A stretch of 64,000 nucleotides of DNA from Clostridia bacterium DTU025 (GCA_001513145.1 LFSP01000032.1:20088-84087); one strand, 5' to 3'; counted from the first letter of the stretch, positions 38,007 to 48,071 are shown. The notes: generated from the letters alone by a model not told the origin. Numbers and translations are program-made.

Positions 38007-39248
38007 GTGCCCACAAAGAGGTTGTATCACTCTGACCCTCTCCTGATGGAGTTCACCTGCGAAGTGCTGCAGTGCCAGCCTGCGACCGGCAATTCCTCGC
38101 CAACGCCGCTCTACGAGGTCATCACCGACGTCACCGCTTTCTACCCCAACTCCGGCGGACAGCCGGCCGACAGGGGCACCCTTGATGGCGCCGACGTCGT
38201 TGACGTCATCGAGCGCGGCGACACCATCGTTCACATAACCCCCGCCGAGGTTCCGCTCGGCCCCACCGTCGGCAGGATCGACATCGAGCGCCGTTTCGAC
38301 CACATGCAGCAGCATTCCGGCCAGCACATACTGTCGAGCGCCTTCGAAACCCTATTTGGCCTGGAGACTGTAGGCTTCCACTTGGGCGAGGAGTACGTCA
38401 CCATCGACCTGAACTCACCCGAGGTCAGCCCAGACCAGCTCGCAGCCGCCGAGCGCCTGGCGTGCGAGGTGGTCTTCCAGAACAGGCCGGTGGAGGCGAA
38501 GTTCTGGGACCCGCAGTCCATCGACTGGTCCCGGCTCCGCAAGCCCACCAGCAGGACTGAGAACATCCGCCTGGTGGAGATCGCCGACTTCGATCTAAGC
38601 CCGTGCGGAGGCACCCACGTGAGGGCCACGGGCGAGGTGGGGCTCATAAAGATCACCCGCACCGAGAAGGTGCGCAACGTCACCAGGGTGGAGTTCGTGT
38701 GCGGCAGGCGCGCCCTGTCAGACTATAGGCTCAAGAACTCCGCCGCGTTGTGCGCGGCGGCCGCGCTCTCAGTGGGCGTGAGCGAGCTCCCCGACGCCGT
38801 CCAGAGGCTCCTGGCGCAGGTCCGCGAGGTGCGCCGCGCCCACGAGCACGCCCGCGCCGAGCTGGACCAGTACCGGGCCGAAAGGATGTACAACGAGGCC
38901 CGGGCGATGGGCGAGTCAGGGATCAGGCTGGTCACCCAGGTGTCAGACTCCGCCACCATGGACCAGCTGAAATCGCTGGCGCAGAGAGTATGCCAGATGC
39001 CTTCAGCCGTGGCGCTCATGGCCTCCACGGCCACAGGCAACCCTCAGCTGGTGTTCGCGCGGTCCCAGGACGTGGACCTCGACGTCGCCAGGCTACTTAG
39101 GGACGTGCTTCCCGAGCTCGAGGGAAAGGGCGGTGGCACCCCGTTCCTCGCCCAGGGAGGCGGAAAGCGCCTTGACCGGCTGGGGCACGTCATGAATCTG
39201 GCTTCGGAGCTTGCAGCCGGCCTGGCGCGCCGGCCGGAGTCGGAGTGA
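38007..39248 (+). CDS. alaX: AlaX-L type alanyl-tRNA editing protein (misacylated tRNA-Ala deacylase).
   Basis: ...HSGQHILSSAF..., ...CGGTHV.... I chose a GTG start with GAGGAGG upstream. The alternatives are 37944 and 37986. Confidence 0.7.
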   Translation: MPTKRLYHSDPLLMEFTCEVLQCQPATGNSSPTPLYEVITDVTAFYPNSGGQPADRGTLDGADVVDVIERGDTIVHITPAEVPLGPTVGRIDIERRFDHMQQHSGQHILSSAFETLFGLETVGFHLGEEYVTIDLNSPEVSPDQLAAAERLACEVVFQNRPVEAKFWDPQSIDWSRLRKPTSRTENIRLVEIADFDLSPCGGTHVRATGEVGLIKITRTEKVRNVTRVEFVCGRRALSDYRLKNSAALCAAAALSVGVSELPDAVQRLLAQVREVRRAHEHARAELDQYRAERMYNEARAMGESGIRLVTQVSDSATMDQLKSLAQRVCQMPSAVALMASTATGNPQLVFARSQDVDLDVARLLRDVLPELEGKGGGTPFLAQGGGKRLDRLGHVMNLASELAAGLARRPESE

Positions 39249-39281
39249 TCAAGGCCAGGGACCTTGCTTGCAGCGAGCGGC

Positions 39282-40094
39282 TCACATTCGCACAACCACC
39301 AGGCTACCGGACTCGTATCGCTTGAGGCCGCGTCGGAACGCCCAGCCTGCGGCGGCGATGCTTGCCGCCGCGAAGCTCAGTATCGCCGCCAGCACAAAGG
39401 GGTCGAACGCGCTGACCAGTCTCACCGGCAAGTATACCATGAACCCCGCCGGGAGCAGCGTGTACAGGAGCACCCTCACCGCACCCTTGAACACCGGTTC
39501 CGGATACGTGCTGAAGGTGATAAGAGCGTTGCCCACCTGGTCGCTGATGGTCTGGGCGTGCCCGACGAAGAACGCCAGCGTGCCTGCGATCACGTTGAAG
39601 CTGGTGAAGATCGCAGCGCCCGCCAGCGCGGTGATGCACAGCACCGGCAGCGACGACAGGCGCTCACGTCCCAGAAGAGCCATGGCAACGATCCCGAAGG
39701 CTACATCCCCCAGGCCGGAGATGTCGCTCCTGCTCACCAACACATGCAAGAGCGGGTCTCTGGGCAGAAGCAGGTAGTAGTCCAGCTGTCCCTCTGCGAT
39801 GATCCGCGGCAGGCCTTGCGAGTTCCCGAACACGGCGACGCTGATGCCGAACGACGTGGCCAGCGTGGCATGCATCGCGATGACGTGCTGGAACGTCCAG
39901 CCCCCGATGCTCGACACCCTTCTGAACACTATCCACCAGAAGAACAGAAGGAACATGTCGTTCAGCAGCATGAAGACCACCTGGCTCACGAAGCCCGCCT
40001 TATACTCCATCGCCGCTGCCAGGTTGAACTTGAAGTGCTCCCACACGAACCGGACCTGCGACGTTACAGCCCCCGTCCTACCCGCCGTTGACAT
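39282..40094 (-). CDS. ABC-2 family exporter permease (DUF990-type).
   Basis: Six-TM hydrophobic protein in an operon with a second ABC-2 permease and a COG4586-like ATPase. Resembles the B. subtilis YfiLMN/LnrLMN architecture. Confidence 0.7.
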   Translation of the reverse strand: MSTAGRTGAVTSQVRFVWEHFKFNLAAAMEYKAGFVSQVVFMLLNDMFLLFFWWIVFRRVSSIGGWTFQHVIAMHATLATSFGISVAVFGNSQGLPRIIAEGQLDYYLLLPRDPLLHVLVSRSDISGLGDVAFGIVAMALLGRERLSSLPVLCITALAGAAIFTSFNVIAGTLAFFVGHAQTISDQVGNALITFSTYPEPVFKGAVRVLLYTLLPAGFMVYLPVRLVSAFDPFVLAAILSFAAASIAAAGWAFRRGLKRYESGSLVVVRM

Positions 40095-40878
40095 TCAGCC
40101 GTCTCACCCCCAGCGAGTAGAGCCCCACTGCGAGGGCCCCCAGCACCGCAATCCACCCAAGCTGCGCCGCGATGGTATTGCCCCACGCGGCGGCGTCGAA
40201 ACGCACCAGCATTCTCGCGGGGACGTACAGCACGTAGTTGAAGGGGCTTGCCCGTGCCGCCCGCGCCAGCGCCTCAGGGTACAGCTCCACCGGCGCGAAG
40301 AGGCCACCCAACACGAAAAGGAGCTTGCCGTATATCCAGAAGAACGGCACCGTGTCCTCCACCCAAAAGGCCAGGAGGCTTATGCAGGCCACGATGAGGA
40401 AGTTGAGGATCAGCGCCAGCGTCACACTCACGGCAAGCGCCCCAAGCTGCACCGCGGTGACCTGAATGGGCCCCACGGCCAAGAGGGCGATGGCGATGCC
40501 CACCGCGATGTGCACCAGCATCCTTACGGCGGTCTCTCCCCAGTAGCAGGCGAATTTGAACCCGAGGTAGTGGTACGGCCGGCCGAGGGAGTAGGCGATG
40601 GCCCCTGTCTTCACCTCGTCGCTTATGTCATCCTGAATCCTGGCCCTTCCCAGCATTATAGCCTCGCTGGCAGTGAGGTACCACACCATCTCCCTGTAGC
40701 CGAAACCCTCCACCACCAGCCCTGACGGACCGCCGAGCACCCTCCATAGCTGCACGAAGACGAAGAGTATCAGGGTGTAGAACGTCGTCCCCAGGAGGAG
40801 GTCGCCCATGTAGGCCGTCTTCGCCAGGAAGTTGATACGGCCGATGTGGATGTACTTGCTGGCGCCCATCGGCGTCAC
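40078..40878 (-). CDS. ABC-2 family exporter permease (second subunit).
   Basis: Multi-TM protein that overlaps the flanking genes. Confidence 0.7.
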   Translation of the reverse strand: MTPMGASKYIHIGRINFLAKTAYMGDLLLGTTFYTLILFVFVQLWRVLGGPSGLVVEGFGYREMVWYLTASEAIMLGRARIQDDISDEVKTGAIAYSLGRPYHYLGFKFACYWGETAVRMLVHIAVGIAIALLAVGPIQVTAVQLGALAVSVTLALILNFLIVACISLLAFWVEDTVPFFWIYGKLLFVLGGLFAPVELYPEALARAARASPFNYVLYVPARMLVRFDAAAWGNTIAAQLGWIAVLGALAVGLYSLGVRRLNVNGG

Positions 40879-41867
40879 CTCCCGCTGGCGTAGATCTCAG
40901 CGATGATCTGCTCGGTGGAAGGATCTGCGATGGTGATGTCCTCAATCGTGCCCAGCTGCATCAGGTGTGCCAGCACGTCGTCCATGGACGTCGTCGCGGT
41001 GTTCACCAGGAGCTTCAGGTTGCCGCGCTTCCGCTTGAGCACCTCCACGCCGGGGATATTCAGGATTCCCTCCACCGGCGAATCCAGCCTCACCCGCACC
41101 GTCTTTGACTTCATGAAGTCGCGCCTCAGGGCCGCAACCGTCGTGTCCAGCACCAGATGCCCGTGATTGATCACCATCACCCGACGGCAGACTTGCTCGA
41201 TATCGCCGACGTCGTGGGAGGTGAGAAGCACCGTGACGCCCTCCTCCCTGTTCATCTCCAGGACCAGGTCTCTGATGGCCCTCTTGGCCATCACGTCAAG
41301 GCCCACGGTGGGCTCGTCCAGGAACAGCACCCTCGGCGCGTGAAGCAGGGATGCGGCGATCTCGCATCTCATCCTCTGACCCAGCGACAGCTTGCGCACT
41401 GGCGTGTCCATGAACGCCCGCAGCTCGAACCTGTCGGCAAGCGTCGTCAGCCGGGGCTTCCACTGCGAGACGGGCAGCTCGTACACGTGCGCCAGAAGCT
41501 CGAAGGTGTCGCGAGGAGGAAGGTGGTACCACAGTTGCGACCTCTGGCCGAACACGCATCCTATGCTGCGCGAGAGCCTCTGCCGCTGCTTCCACGGGGT
41601 CATCCCGGTTACCGTCGCCTCTCCGGAAGTGGGGTACAGTATCCCGGTGAGCATCTTGATGGTGGTGGACTTGCCTGCCCCGTTCGGGCCGATGAAGGCC
41701 ACCGTCTCCCCTTCCTCCACACTGAACGTTACCCCGTCAACGGCGCGCACGTCCACATGCTCAGTACGAACGATGGCCCTGAGGCTCCCGGCCAGGCCCG
41801 GCCGTTTGTGTGCCACTTTGAACACCTTCACGAGGTCGCGCACTTTGATGGCTGTCACATCGTCCAC
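40875..41867 (-). CDS. ABC transporter ATP-binding protein (exporter ATPase).
   Basis: GPNGAGKSTT, LSLGQRMRCEIA, FLDEPTVGLD. Confidence 0.85.
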   Translation of the reverse strand: MDDVTAIKVRDLVKVFKVAHKRPGLAGSLRAIVRTEHVDVRAVDGVTFSVEEGETVAFIGPNGAGKSTTIKMLTGILYPTSGEATVTGMTPWKQRQRLSRSIGCVFGQRSQLWYHLPPRDTFELLAHVYELPVSQWKPRLTTLADRFELRAFMDTPVRKLSLGQRMRCEIAASLLHAPRVLFLDEPTVGLDVMAKRAIRDLVLEMNREEGVTVLLTSHDVGDIEQVCRRVMVINHGHLVLDTTVAALRRDFMKSKTVRVRLDSPVEGILNIPGVEVLKRKRGNLKLLVNTATTSMDDVLAHLMQLGTIEDITIADPSTEQIIAEIYASGR

Positions 41868-41914
41868 GCCCCTTGGGACAATACTACGTTAAGACTCTCT
41901 AGGAGGTGCGATGA

Positions 41915-42124
41915 ATGGCCAGACCCAGGAAACAGCCAGGTGAGAAGCTCACCCCGACTGCTTCAGCCACGTCCTCCACGTTGAAGTGCAACAACTGTGG
42001 AATGATGTTCCCGGCCCCTGACGCCTCGGCAGGCGACATGTGCTGCTCCACCTGTCCCAGCTGCGGGCAGTCGAACTGCGTGGACACCACGGACCTGGTG
42101 AACAGCTCCAACGAGGACTACTGA
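41915..42124 (+). CDS. Small Cys-rich zinc-ribbon protein (FmdB-like CxxCG...CPxCG) with a 23-aa N-terminal extension.
   Basis: AGGAGGTG lies 7 nt upstream of the ATG. Contains KCNNCGMMF...CCSTCPSCGQ. Divergent from the ABC exporter operon. Confidence 0.6.
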   Translation: MARPRKQPGEKLTPTASATSSTLKCNNCGMMFPAPDASAGDMCCSTCPSCGQSNCVDTTDLVNSSNEDY

Positions 42125-42267
42125 GGCCCCCGCAGTGGCGGCGGTGAGCGCATCACGTGAGCCCTACAACATAGCGCATGAGCCGGCCGCAGACCAGCGC
42201 CGGCTCTCTCAAGCTGATGACGGAGCAGCTCAGGGCCGCGAAAGGCGCTCGATAGCGCGCCCTGAAG

Positions 42268-42930
42268 CTATAGGGTCCCTCCGGAGACGAAGATCGTTTC
42301 GGCCTTCCACCCTGTAACGTTCGTGAGCAGCGGGACTCCCATGGGCCGGTACTCCAGCACCAGGGGGTTGTTGATGTTGTTCCAGACGGTGAACTGCCCA
42401 CCGCCGCACACGAAGGCAGGCAGGTACATCCTGTTGCCGTTGATCTCCACAGGGTAGAGTATCTCCTCTTCCACCTTAAGGTCGCCTGCGAACAGGCCTG
42501 ACAGGTTCCACCCTCCTGTGCGGAAGTTGTATGCCACCTTGCCTGTGCGCAGTTCCCTGATGACCTCCCGTGACACCCACGGGGCCGTCCAGTCCGTCTC
42601 GTCGGGATCGCCGAGGCCAAACACCGGGCCGAAGGTCCGGCTCTTTTCGAGCCCGGTCAGGAGCCTCACCGTGGAGGCAGGGAGCGACCCGTCTGTGCGC
42701 GGCCGCACCCACGAGATCCTGACCGTTCGCGGGTAATCGGCGCTGAGCACCGTCACCCTCCATTCCAGTTCAGTGACGGTCCTGGCCACGATCCTCTTGA
42801 AGACCACGTGCATGCCGGCGCTTATCGCCGGCTCGGCCCTGAGGATCTCGTATTCAGCCTGGGCTGCAGCGTTGAACGATGGTCCGGTGCCCGCCGCCAC
42901 GGCGATGAGCAGGATCGCCAACAAAGACAT
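42268..42930 (-). CDS. Hypothetical secreted protein with a signal peptide.
   Basis: MSLLAILLIAVAAGTGPSFNAAAQA signal peptide. No recognisable family. Confidence 0.45.
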   Translation of the reverse strand: MSLLAILLIAVAAGTGPSFNAAAQAEYEILRAEPAISAGMHVVFKRIVARTVTELEWRVTVLSADYPRTVRISWVRPRTDGSLPASTVRLLTGLEKSRTFGPVFGLGDPDETDWTAPWVSREVIRELRTGKVAYNFRTGGWNLSGLFAGDLKVEEEILYPVEINGNRMYLPAFVCGGGQFTVWNNINNPLVLEYRPMGVPLLTNVTGWKAETIFVSGGTL

Positions 42931-42974
42931 AACCCTTATTGCCTGAGCAAGAGTAGCTCGCTTCAACTGGAACG

Positions 42975-44597
42975 TCACCTCTCGTATACGAACTCCCCGT
43001 TGACCATGGTAGCGTCGATCTCGGTACTCAGGAGATCGGGCATGGGCAGTGCGAAGATGTCGGTGGACAGTATCGTCAGGTCAGCGAAAGCGCCGGGCAC
43101 CAGCGTGGACCGGCGGGAGCCGGAGGGCAGGCCCGCGGCGGCCACTGCGCCCACGGTGTAGCCGCGCAGGGTCTCCTCCAGGGTGAGGCGCTCCTCCGGA
43201 TACCAAGCTCGCTCCGAGTCGGAGTCTGGTTGCCGGCGCATCACGGCTGCGTACATCCCTCTCAGCGGGTGCGGGGTCTCCACCGGGGCGTCGGAGCCGA
43301 AGGCCAGCACCGTTCCTGATCTCAGCAGGCTCTTGAAGGCATATGCCCACCGGCTACGGCCTCCCCAGTGCTTATCCGCCGCGGGGATATCCCCCAGCAC
43401 GTGCACTGGCTGCATCGATGCCACCACGCCCAGGTCTGCGAACCTGCGGAGGTCGTTGGGGTGCAGCACCTGTGCGTGCTCGATCCGGTGAGTGAGGCCC
43501 CTGGCGATGCTGTCTTCCCTGACAGACTCGAAGATGTCGAGCACATCTCGGTTGGCCCTGTCTCCAATGGCATGGATCGCGCAGGCGATGTTGTTCAGCA
43601 CCGCCCTGCCCACCAGCCTGCCCAGCTCCTCCCTGGGGGTCACCTCGATGCCGGTGTAATCCTCGGTTCCCTCATACGGCTTGAGCATGTGGGCCGTTCG
43701 GGAGCCAAGCGAGCCGTCGGCAAAGGCCTTCATATGGCCTATGACCAGCCATTCGTCGCCGAACCCGCTTGAGAGGCCCAGGTCGATGGCGGCGTCAAGG
43801 TCGGCGGCGGGTATCGCCTGCACCACCCTGAGCCTGAGCTTGCCGTCGCGCCTCATCTGCTGGATCGCGGCGAAGGCTCGGCCGCCGTCCATGTTGTGGA
43901 TGCACCCGATGCCCATGCTGTGCAGCGCCGCCTGGGCTCGCACCAGCGCCTCCACGAGCTGCGCCTGTGTGGGCTCGGGGATCACCTTCATCACCAGCTG
44001 GGCAGCGGTCTCGTTCAGTAGCCCGGTGGCCTGGCGCGTTTCAGGGTCCCTTACGATGCGCCCGCCTTCAGGGTCGGGTGTGTCAATACCTATCCTGGCC
44101 AGGCGCAGCGCCGCCGTGTTCACCCACAGCGCGTGCAGGTCCTTGCACCAGACGGCAACAGGGGTGTGCGGGGCCACGGCGTCCAGGTAAGACCTGTCGG
44201 GCACCTTGCCCTCGGGCCACGCGTGGGCGTTCCATCCCACGCCGGTTATCCAGGCACCGGGAGGCGTGTTGGTGACTGCCTTAGCCACCAGTTCGGCGAC
44301 GTCCTCGGGTCCGGAGGTGCCGGTGAGGTCCAGGCCCATCATGCTCAGCGCGTAGTGCATGAGATGGATGTGAGAATCAGTGAACGCCGGCAGCAGCGTC
44401 CTGCCGGAAATATCAATGCGGACGAAGGTGTCGTCTACGATGGACTCCAGGTCCTCCTCGGTGCCGGCGGCCAGAACGCGCCGGCCGGCCACAGCCAAGG
44501 CGGAGCAGAACGGCCGCGCCGACGAGGCAGTGTACACCCGTCCCCCATGGAAATAGTATTTGGCCAATACAGTCGCCTCCCAGAGCCAAGGCTTCAC
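42975..44597 (-). CDS. Amidohydrolase-family protein (Amidohydro_3/YtcJ-like metal-dependent hydrolase).
   Basis: ...FTDSHIHLMHYA..., about 540 aa, ...GSDAPVE... near the C-terminus. Confidence 0.7.
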   Translation of the reverse strand: MKPWLWEATVLAKYYFHGGRVYTASSARPFCSALAVAGRRVLAAGTEEDLESIVDDTFVRIDISGRTLLPAFTDSHIHLMHYALSMMGLDLTGTSGPEDVAELVAKAVTNTPPGAWITGVGWNAHAWPEGKVPDRSYLDAVAPHTPVAVWCKDLHALWVNTAALRLARIGIDTPDPEGGRIVRDPETRQATGLLNETAAQLVMKVIPEPTQAQLVEALVRAQAALHSMGIGCIHNMDGGRAFAAIQQMRRDGKLRLRVVQAIPAADLDAAIDLGLSSGFGDEWLVIGHMKAFADGSLGSRTAHMLKPYEGTEDYTGIEVTPREELGRLVGRAVLNNIACAIHAIGDRANRDVLDIFESVREDSIARGLTHRIEHAQVLHPNDLRRFADLGVVASMQPVHVLGDIPAADKHWGGRSRWAYAFKSLLRSGTVLAFGSDAPVETPHPLRGMYAAVMRRQPDSDSERAWYPEERLTLEETLRGYTVGAVAAAGLPSGSRRSTLVPGAFADLTILSTDIFALPMPDLLSTEIDATMVNGEFVYER

Positions 44598-44791
44598 GAT
44601 TACTTCATCAAACCCGCATCCATTTCCTGCTTCGTCTGCACAGAAGGAGTCGGTACACTGCTACTAGAAGTACAGGAGGTGATTCGGCATTAACCGGCAT
44701 CTCGGATCGGCGCAAACCGTCGCCCGTGGCTGAAGGAGGGAGCCGCAGTCTGCCTGGAGAGGCGAAAGCCAGTCTTCAAGTGGCATAAGAG

Positions 44792-47779
44792 ATGAACAGG
44801 CATTTCAGAACCGTCGCATTTCTTGCGTTCATACTATGCGTCGTCATGTTGAGGCCTCTCGCGCCGCAAGCGGTGGCGGCCACGGAGCGGGCGCTGCCCG
44901 ATGGAAACGGCGCGGGCGCTGCGGCCTCGGAGGCCTGGCCGCGGGCTAGCATCGTCCTGCCCATCGCCCCCGGGGTCACGGTGGAGCGCCGCAGCTGGCT
45001 GGGGAGCCTCGGCTGGATGCAGCTTACGGTGGTCAGGGTGGACCTTTCGTCATCGGCCGTGGTGACGAGGCCGGTTCTGTCGGAGTCGTCGCTTTCGGTG
45101 CCGGAGAAACCCACAGTCATCGCTGAGAGTAACGGCCTCCTGGCGGCTGTGAACGGCGACTTCTTCGATATGGGCGCTACAGGCGCGCCCCTTTCGATGG
45201 TGGCCGCAGAGGGTAGAGTGATCCGGTCGCCAAGGGTAGATCCGGATTTCGCGTCCATCGCCATAACCCGCGACGGCCAGGCTGTGCTGGGGCACTGGGA
45301 GTGGGTGGGCGAGCTGGCATCGATGGATGGCTCCTTCACGCTGCCGCTGGCGGGGCTGAACGAGGTCTCGGTGCCTCCGGATTCCGCTGTGCTCTACACG
45401 GAGGAATGGACCTGGTCGAAGGTGCCTGACCACGCTGACGCCGGCCACATCGCCATAGGCGACGGCATCGTCATGTGCGTGGTGCCGGGTTACCCCTTCA
45501 CAGCGCCGTCTACGTACGTGGTTGCGCGGGGAGAAGCCTGGCGCCAGCTGCGGCAGATAGAGCCGGGGCAGGAAGTGGTCATACGCTCGGAGCTGAGGCC
45601 GGGGTTCACACGGCTGGAAGCTGCGTTTTCCGGCAAGCCTGTGCTCGTGCTGGATGGCGAGCCTGCGCCCGACCTGGCGAGGCACGCCACCATCGGCGCT
45701 GCGTATCCGGCGCCCAGAAGCGCCGCCGGAATCACTGCCGACGGGCGCACTCTGATCTTGGCCGTGGTGGACGGAAGGGCTCAGGGGGCAAGAGGCGCGA
45801 CCCTCGAGGAGATGGCCCACATCATGATCGAGTTGGGAGCGGTCAGCGCGCTCAATCTGGACGGCGGGGCTTCGTCGGCGGTGGTGGTGAGAGACCCCAT
45901 CTCAGGCGCCCTGCAGCTGGCCAATCGTCCGTCGGCTGGGGCTGAGCGCCCGGTGCCCTATGTAGTCGGCGTGCTACCAGCGATGGCTGAAGATGGGCGG
46001 GCCGGCGGCGGGGAGACCGCTGGTGGCGAAGCCGCCGGCGAGTATGAAGCCGGTGGGCAGGCTGTGCACGGTCAGCCGCCGGGCGAGAGCTCGGCGCTGG
46101 ACATGCACACGGACATGGACTCGGGCTTGGGCTCGGGCTGGAGCTCTGCCCCGAGCTTTATCGCAGTGCAGGTGGACGCAGGCGATTCGGTGCACGTCGT
46201 TCCCTCGCTGGCCAGGGCGGTGGCTGACAGCGTCGATTTCTTCACTGGTGACGAGATCGTGTGTGCATCTGGAATTCCGTTGCAGCTTAAGGTCGTGGCG
46301 TTCGACTCCAGCATGAAGCGCATCCCGCTGCAGCGGGCTGCAAAGACGGTGGACGCTGAATACGTTGAACAGGAAGGTGGCAATAGCGCACAAGGGGAGT
46401 CCGGCGCGAGGGATGTACCCGCGGACCATGATGCAATGGGCTCGGATGTTGCGGCCGCTGCCGAGGCCGCGTTCGAGCACTCGGAAGAGACCCAGCGCAC
46501 CGGAGGAGCCGAATACTTGGGCATCCCTGGTGGCCCCGTGTGGACGGTGCTGCATCCTAAGAACCTCCGGCACGACGGCGCCGCGCACGTGGACGCCGTG
46601 TGGCACCCCTCTGCCGACGGCACAGAGGTCATATTCTCGCCGCTTCCGGGGTCCAGGACTGAGATAACGGTCGTCTGGGAGATGCCTGACGGCACCCGAA
46701 CCAATACAGTCACTTTCGCCGTGCGATGCCTGCCCGGGTCGCCGGCTGCGCCTCTAGGCGTTCTCGGAGAGCCAGCATGGACGATCCTGGACGACTTCGA
46801 ATCAGGCCGGCCGTGGTCGGCCGCGTCGTCCTCGCCTGAGGTGTTGGCAGCAGTGTCCTTCGTGAACGCGGCGCCGCACGCGGCGGCTGCCGACAGGGTT
46901 ATTGAGGCGCTGCCCCAGTACCCGAGCGGAACGGCGCTCTCCCTCAAGTTCGACTTTAGCTCACATGAGGTCACCCGGGCGGCCTACGCCCGCCCGATCC
47001 GCCCCATTCCCTTGCCGCCGGGCACTGAGGCCATCGGACTCTGGGCGTGGTCAGACGGAAACGGGCACTGGCTCCGCGCGACGGTCACCGACTCCGAGGG
47101 CGTGAAGCACCCTCTGGATCTTGCGCGCATGGACTGGCTAGGATGGAAGTTCGTCACGGCCGCGTTGCCCGACTCCTTGCCTGAGAGTTGGCTCATGGGA
47201 GAAGTGTACCTGACGCAGGTGTACCTCGTGGAGTTCAAGCCCGAGCTCTCCTCAGCCGGCGCCATCAGCTTCGACGGCCTGAGCGCCCTCGCACCTGCGG
47301 CGCAGCTGGTGGAGGAGTCCGCGCAGTCGGATGAGGACGGCCTGCTGCTAGGCCTTGCCGACCCGGGAGCCACCGGCACCGTCATAACCCTCGACGCGAG
47401 TGAGCCCATACCCTGGCCCCTCCTCCGGGCTGAGTTGGAATCGTTCAAGCTCAGCGATGAACTGGAGCTTACCGTGGTGCTGAGAGACGGCAGCGCCGTC
47501 GCTCGGCCCGGGCTGCCGGTGCCGGTCGGCCAGCTCAGCCTGGCGATCGGCGGATCCTTTGACGACGCGGTTGCGGCCGAGTTGCTCCTCGAGATGCTGG
47601 CTGACTGCGTCGACGGTTCCACCAGGGTCACCCTGGTTCAGGAGGACGCCGCTTCGTCGAAAGCAGGAGAGGCCAGGGCGTTGTACAAAGGGGTGTTGCT
47701 CATCTGGCGGCCGGGGCCGGAGGCGGTGGAAGAAAGCGCGCGCGGCCACGGCGGTCAATCCGGCCGGTCGGACCAGTAA
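44792..47779 (+). CDS. Large secreted protein with an N-terminal phosphodiester glycosidase domain (DUF2233/NAGPA-like) and about 550 aa of unassigned C-terminal region.
   Basis: Signal peptide MNRHFRTVAFLAFILCVVML.... Contains ...NGDFFDM... and ...ALNLDGGASSAVVV... motifs. Confidence 0.6.
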   Translation: MNRHFRTVAFLAFILCVVMLRPLAPQAVAATERALPDGNGAGAAASEAWPRASIVLPIAPGVTVERRSWLGSLGWMQLTVVRVDLSSSAVVTRPVLSESSLSVPEKPTVIAESNGLLAAVNGDFFDMGATGAPLSMVAAEGRVIRSPRVDPDFASIAITRDGQAVLGHWEWVGELASMDGSFTLPLAGLNEVSVPPDSAVLYTEEWTWSKVPDHADAGHIAIGDGIVMCVVPGYPFTAPSTYVVARGEAWRQLRQIEPGQEVVIRSELRPGFTRLEAAFSGKPVLVLDGEPAPDLARHATIGAAYPAPRSAAGITADGRTLILAVVDGRAQGARGATLEEMAHIMIELGAVSALNLDGGASSAVVVRDPISGALQLANRPSAGAERPVPYVVGVLPAMAEDGRAGGGETAGGEAAGEYEAGGQAVHGQPPGESSALDMHTDMDSGLGSGWSSAPSFIAVQVDAGDSVHVVPSLARAVADSVDFFTGDEIVCASGIPLQLKVVAFDSSMKRIPLQRAAKTVDAEYVEQEGGNSAQGESGARDVPADHDAMGSDVAAAAEAAFEHSEETQRTGGAEYLGIPGGPVWTVLHPKNLRHDGAAHVDAVWHPSADGTEVIFSPLPGSRTEITVVWEMPDGTRTNTVTFAVRCLPGSPAAPLGVLGEPAWTILDDFESGRPWSAASSSPEVLAAVSFVNAAPHAAAADRVIEALPQYPSGTALSLKFDFSSHEVTRAAYARPIRPIPLPPGTEAIGLWAWSDGNGHWLRATVTDSEGVKHPLDLARMDWLGWKFVTAALPDSLPESWLMGEVYLTQVYLVEFKPELSSAGAISFDGLSALAPAAQLVEESAQSDEDGLLLGLADPGATGTVITLDASEPIPWPLLRAELESFKLSDELELTVVLRDGSAVARPGLPVPVGQLSLAIGGSFDDAVAAELLLEMLADCVDGSTRVTLVQEDAASSKAGEARALYKGVLLIWRPGPEAVEESARGHGGQSGRSDQ

Positions 47780-47815
47780 GACCAGTGGGACCGGTAGGAC
47801 CAGTGGGATCAGACA
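47771..47815 (+). repeat. 9-bp tandem repeat GACCAGTRG, about 4.5 copies, spanning the stop codon of the preceding gene.
   Basis: gaccagtaa gaccagtgg gaccggtag gaccagtgg gatcag, read directly. Confidence 0.7.
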
Positions 47816-47878
47816 GGCCGGCAGGGCCAGTCAAGCTGCTGCGGCCCGTCGGGCCAGAGCCTGCCTGCGCCGTGGCTG

Positions 47879-47955
47879 GCGCGGCCGACCCATGGGTAGG
47901 TCGTTCTGGCTGAAAACCGACCAGCCGGTGGGTCGGCGCGACCGCAAAGCCACCC
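47879..47955 (-). repeat. Intergenic structured repeat, copy C, in reverse orientation. Probably the terminator of the rplM-rpsI operon.
   Basis: Its reverse complement, gcggtcgcgccgacccaccggctggtcggttttc...cgacctacccatgggtcggcc, aligns with copies A and B. Confidence 0.7.
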
Positions 47956-48071
47956 GCTCCCCATCCGCGCCCCCCAAACCCCCACCAGTGCAGCCAGCGA
48001 TGGAAAGAGCGAGCCCGATCCGATCCTGCGATCCGCGATCGAAGCTCGCTCCAAACCCTTGAGGCTGTATG

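Noticed and set aside
41868-42124. The Cys-rich 69-aa ORF as a RiPP precursor exported by the adjacent ABC-2 transporter.
   Set aside because: The CxxCG...CPxCG spacing fits an FmdB-type zinc ribbon. No radical-SAM, YcaO or LanB/C enzymes are nearby, and the nearby TldD/E pair is 10 kb away.
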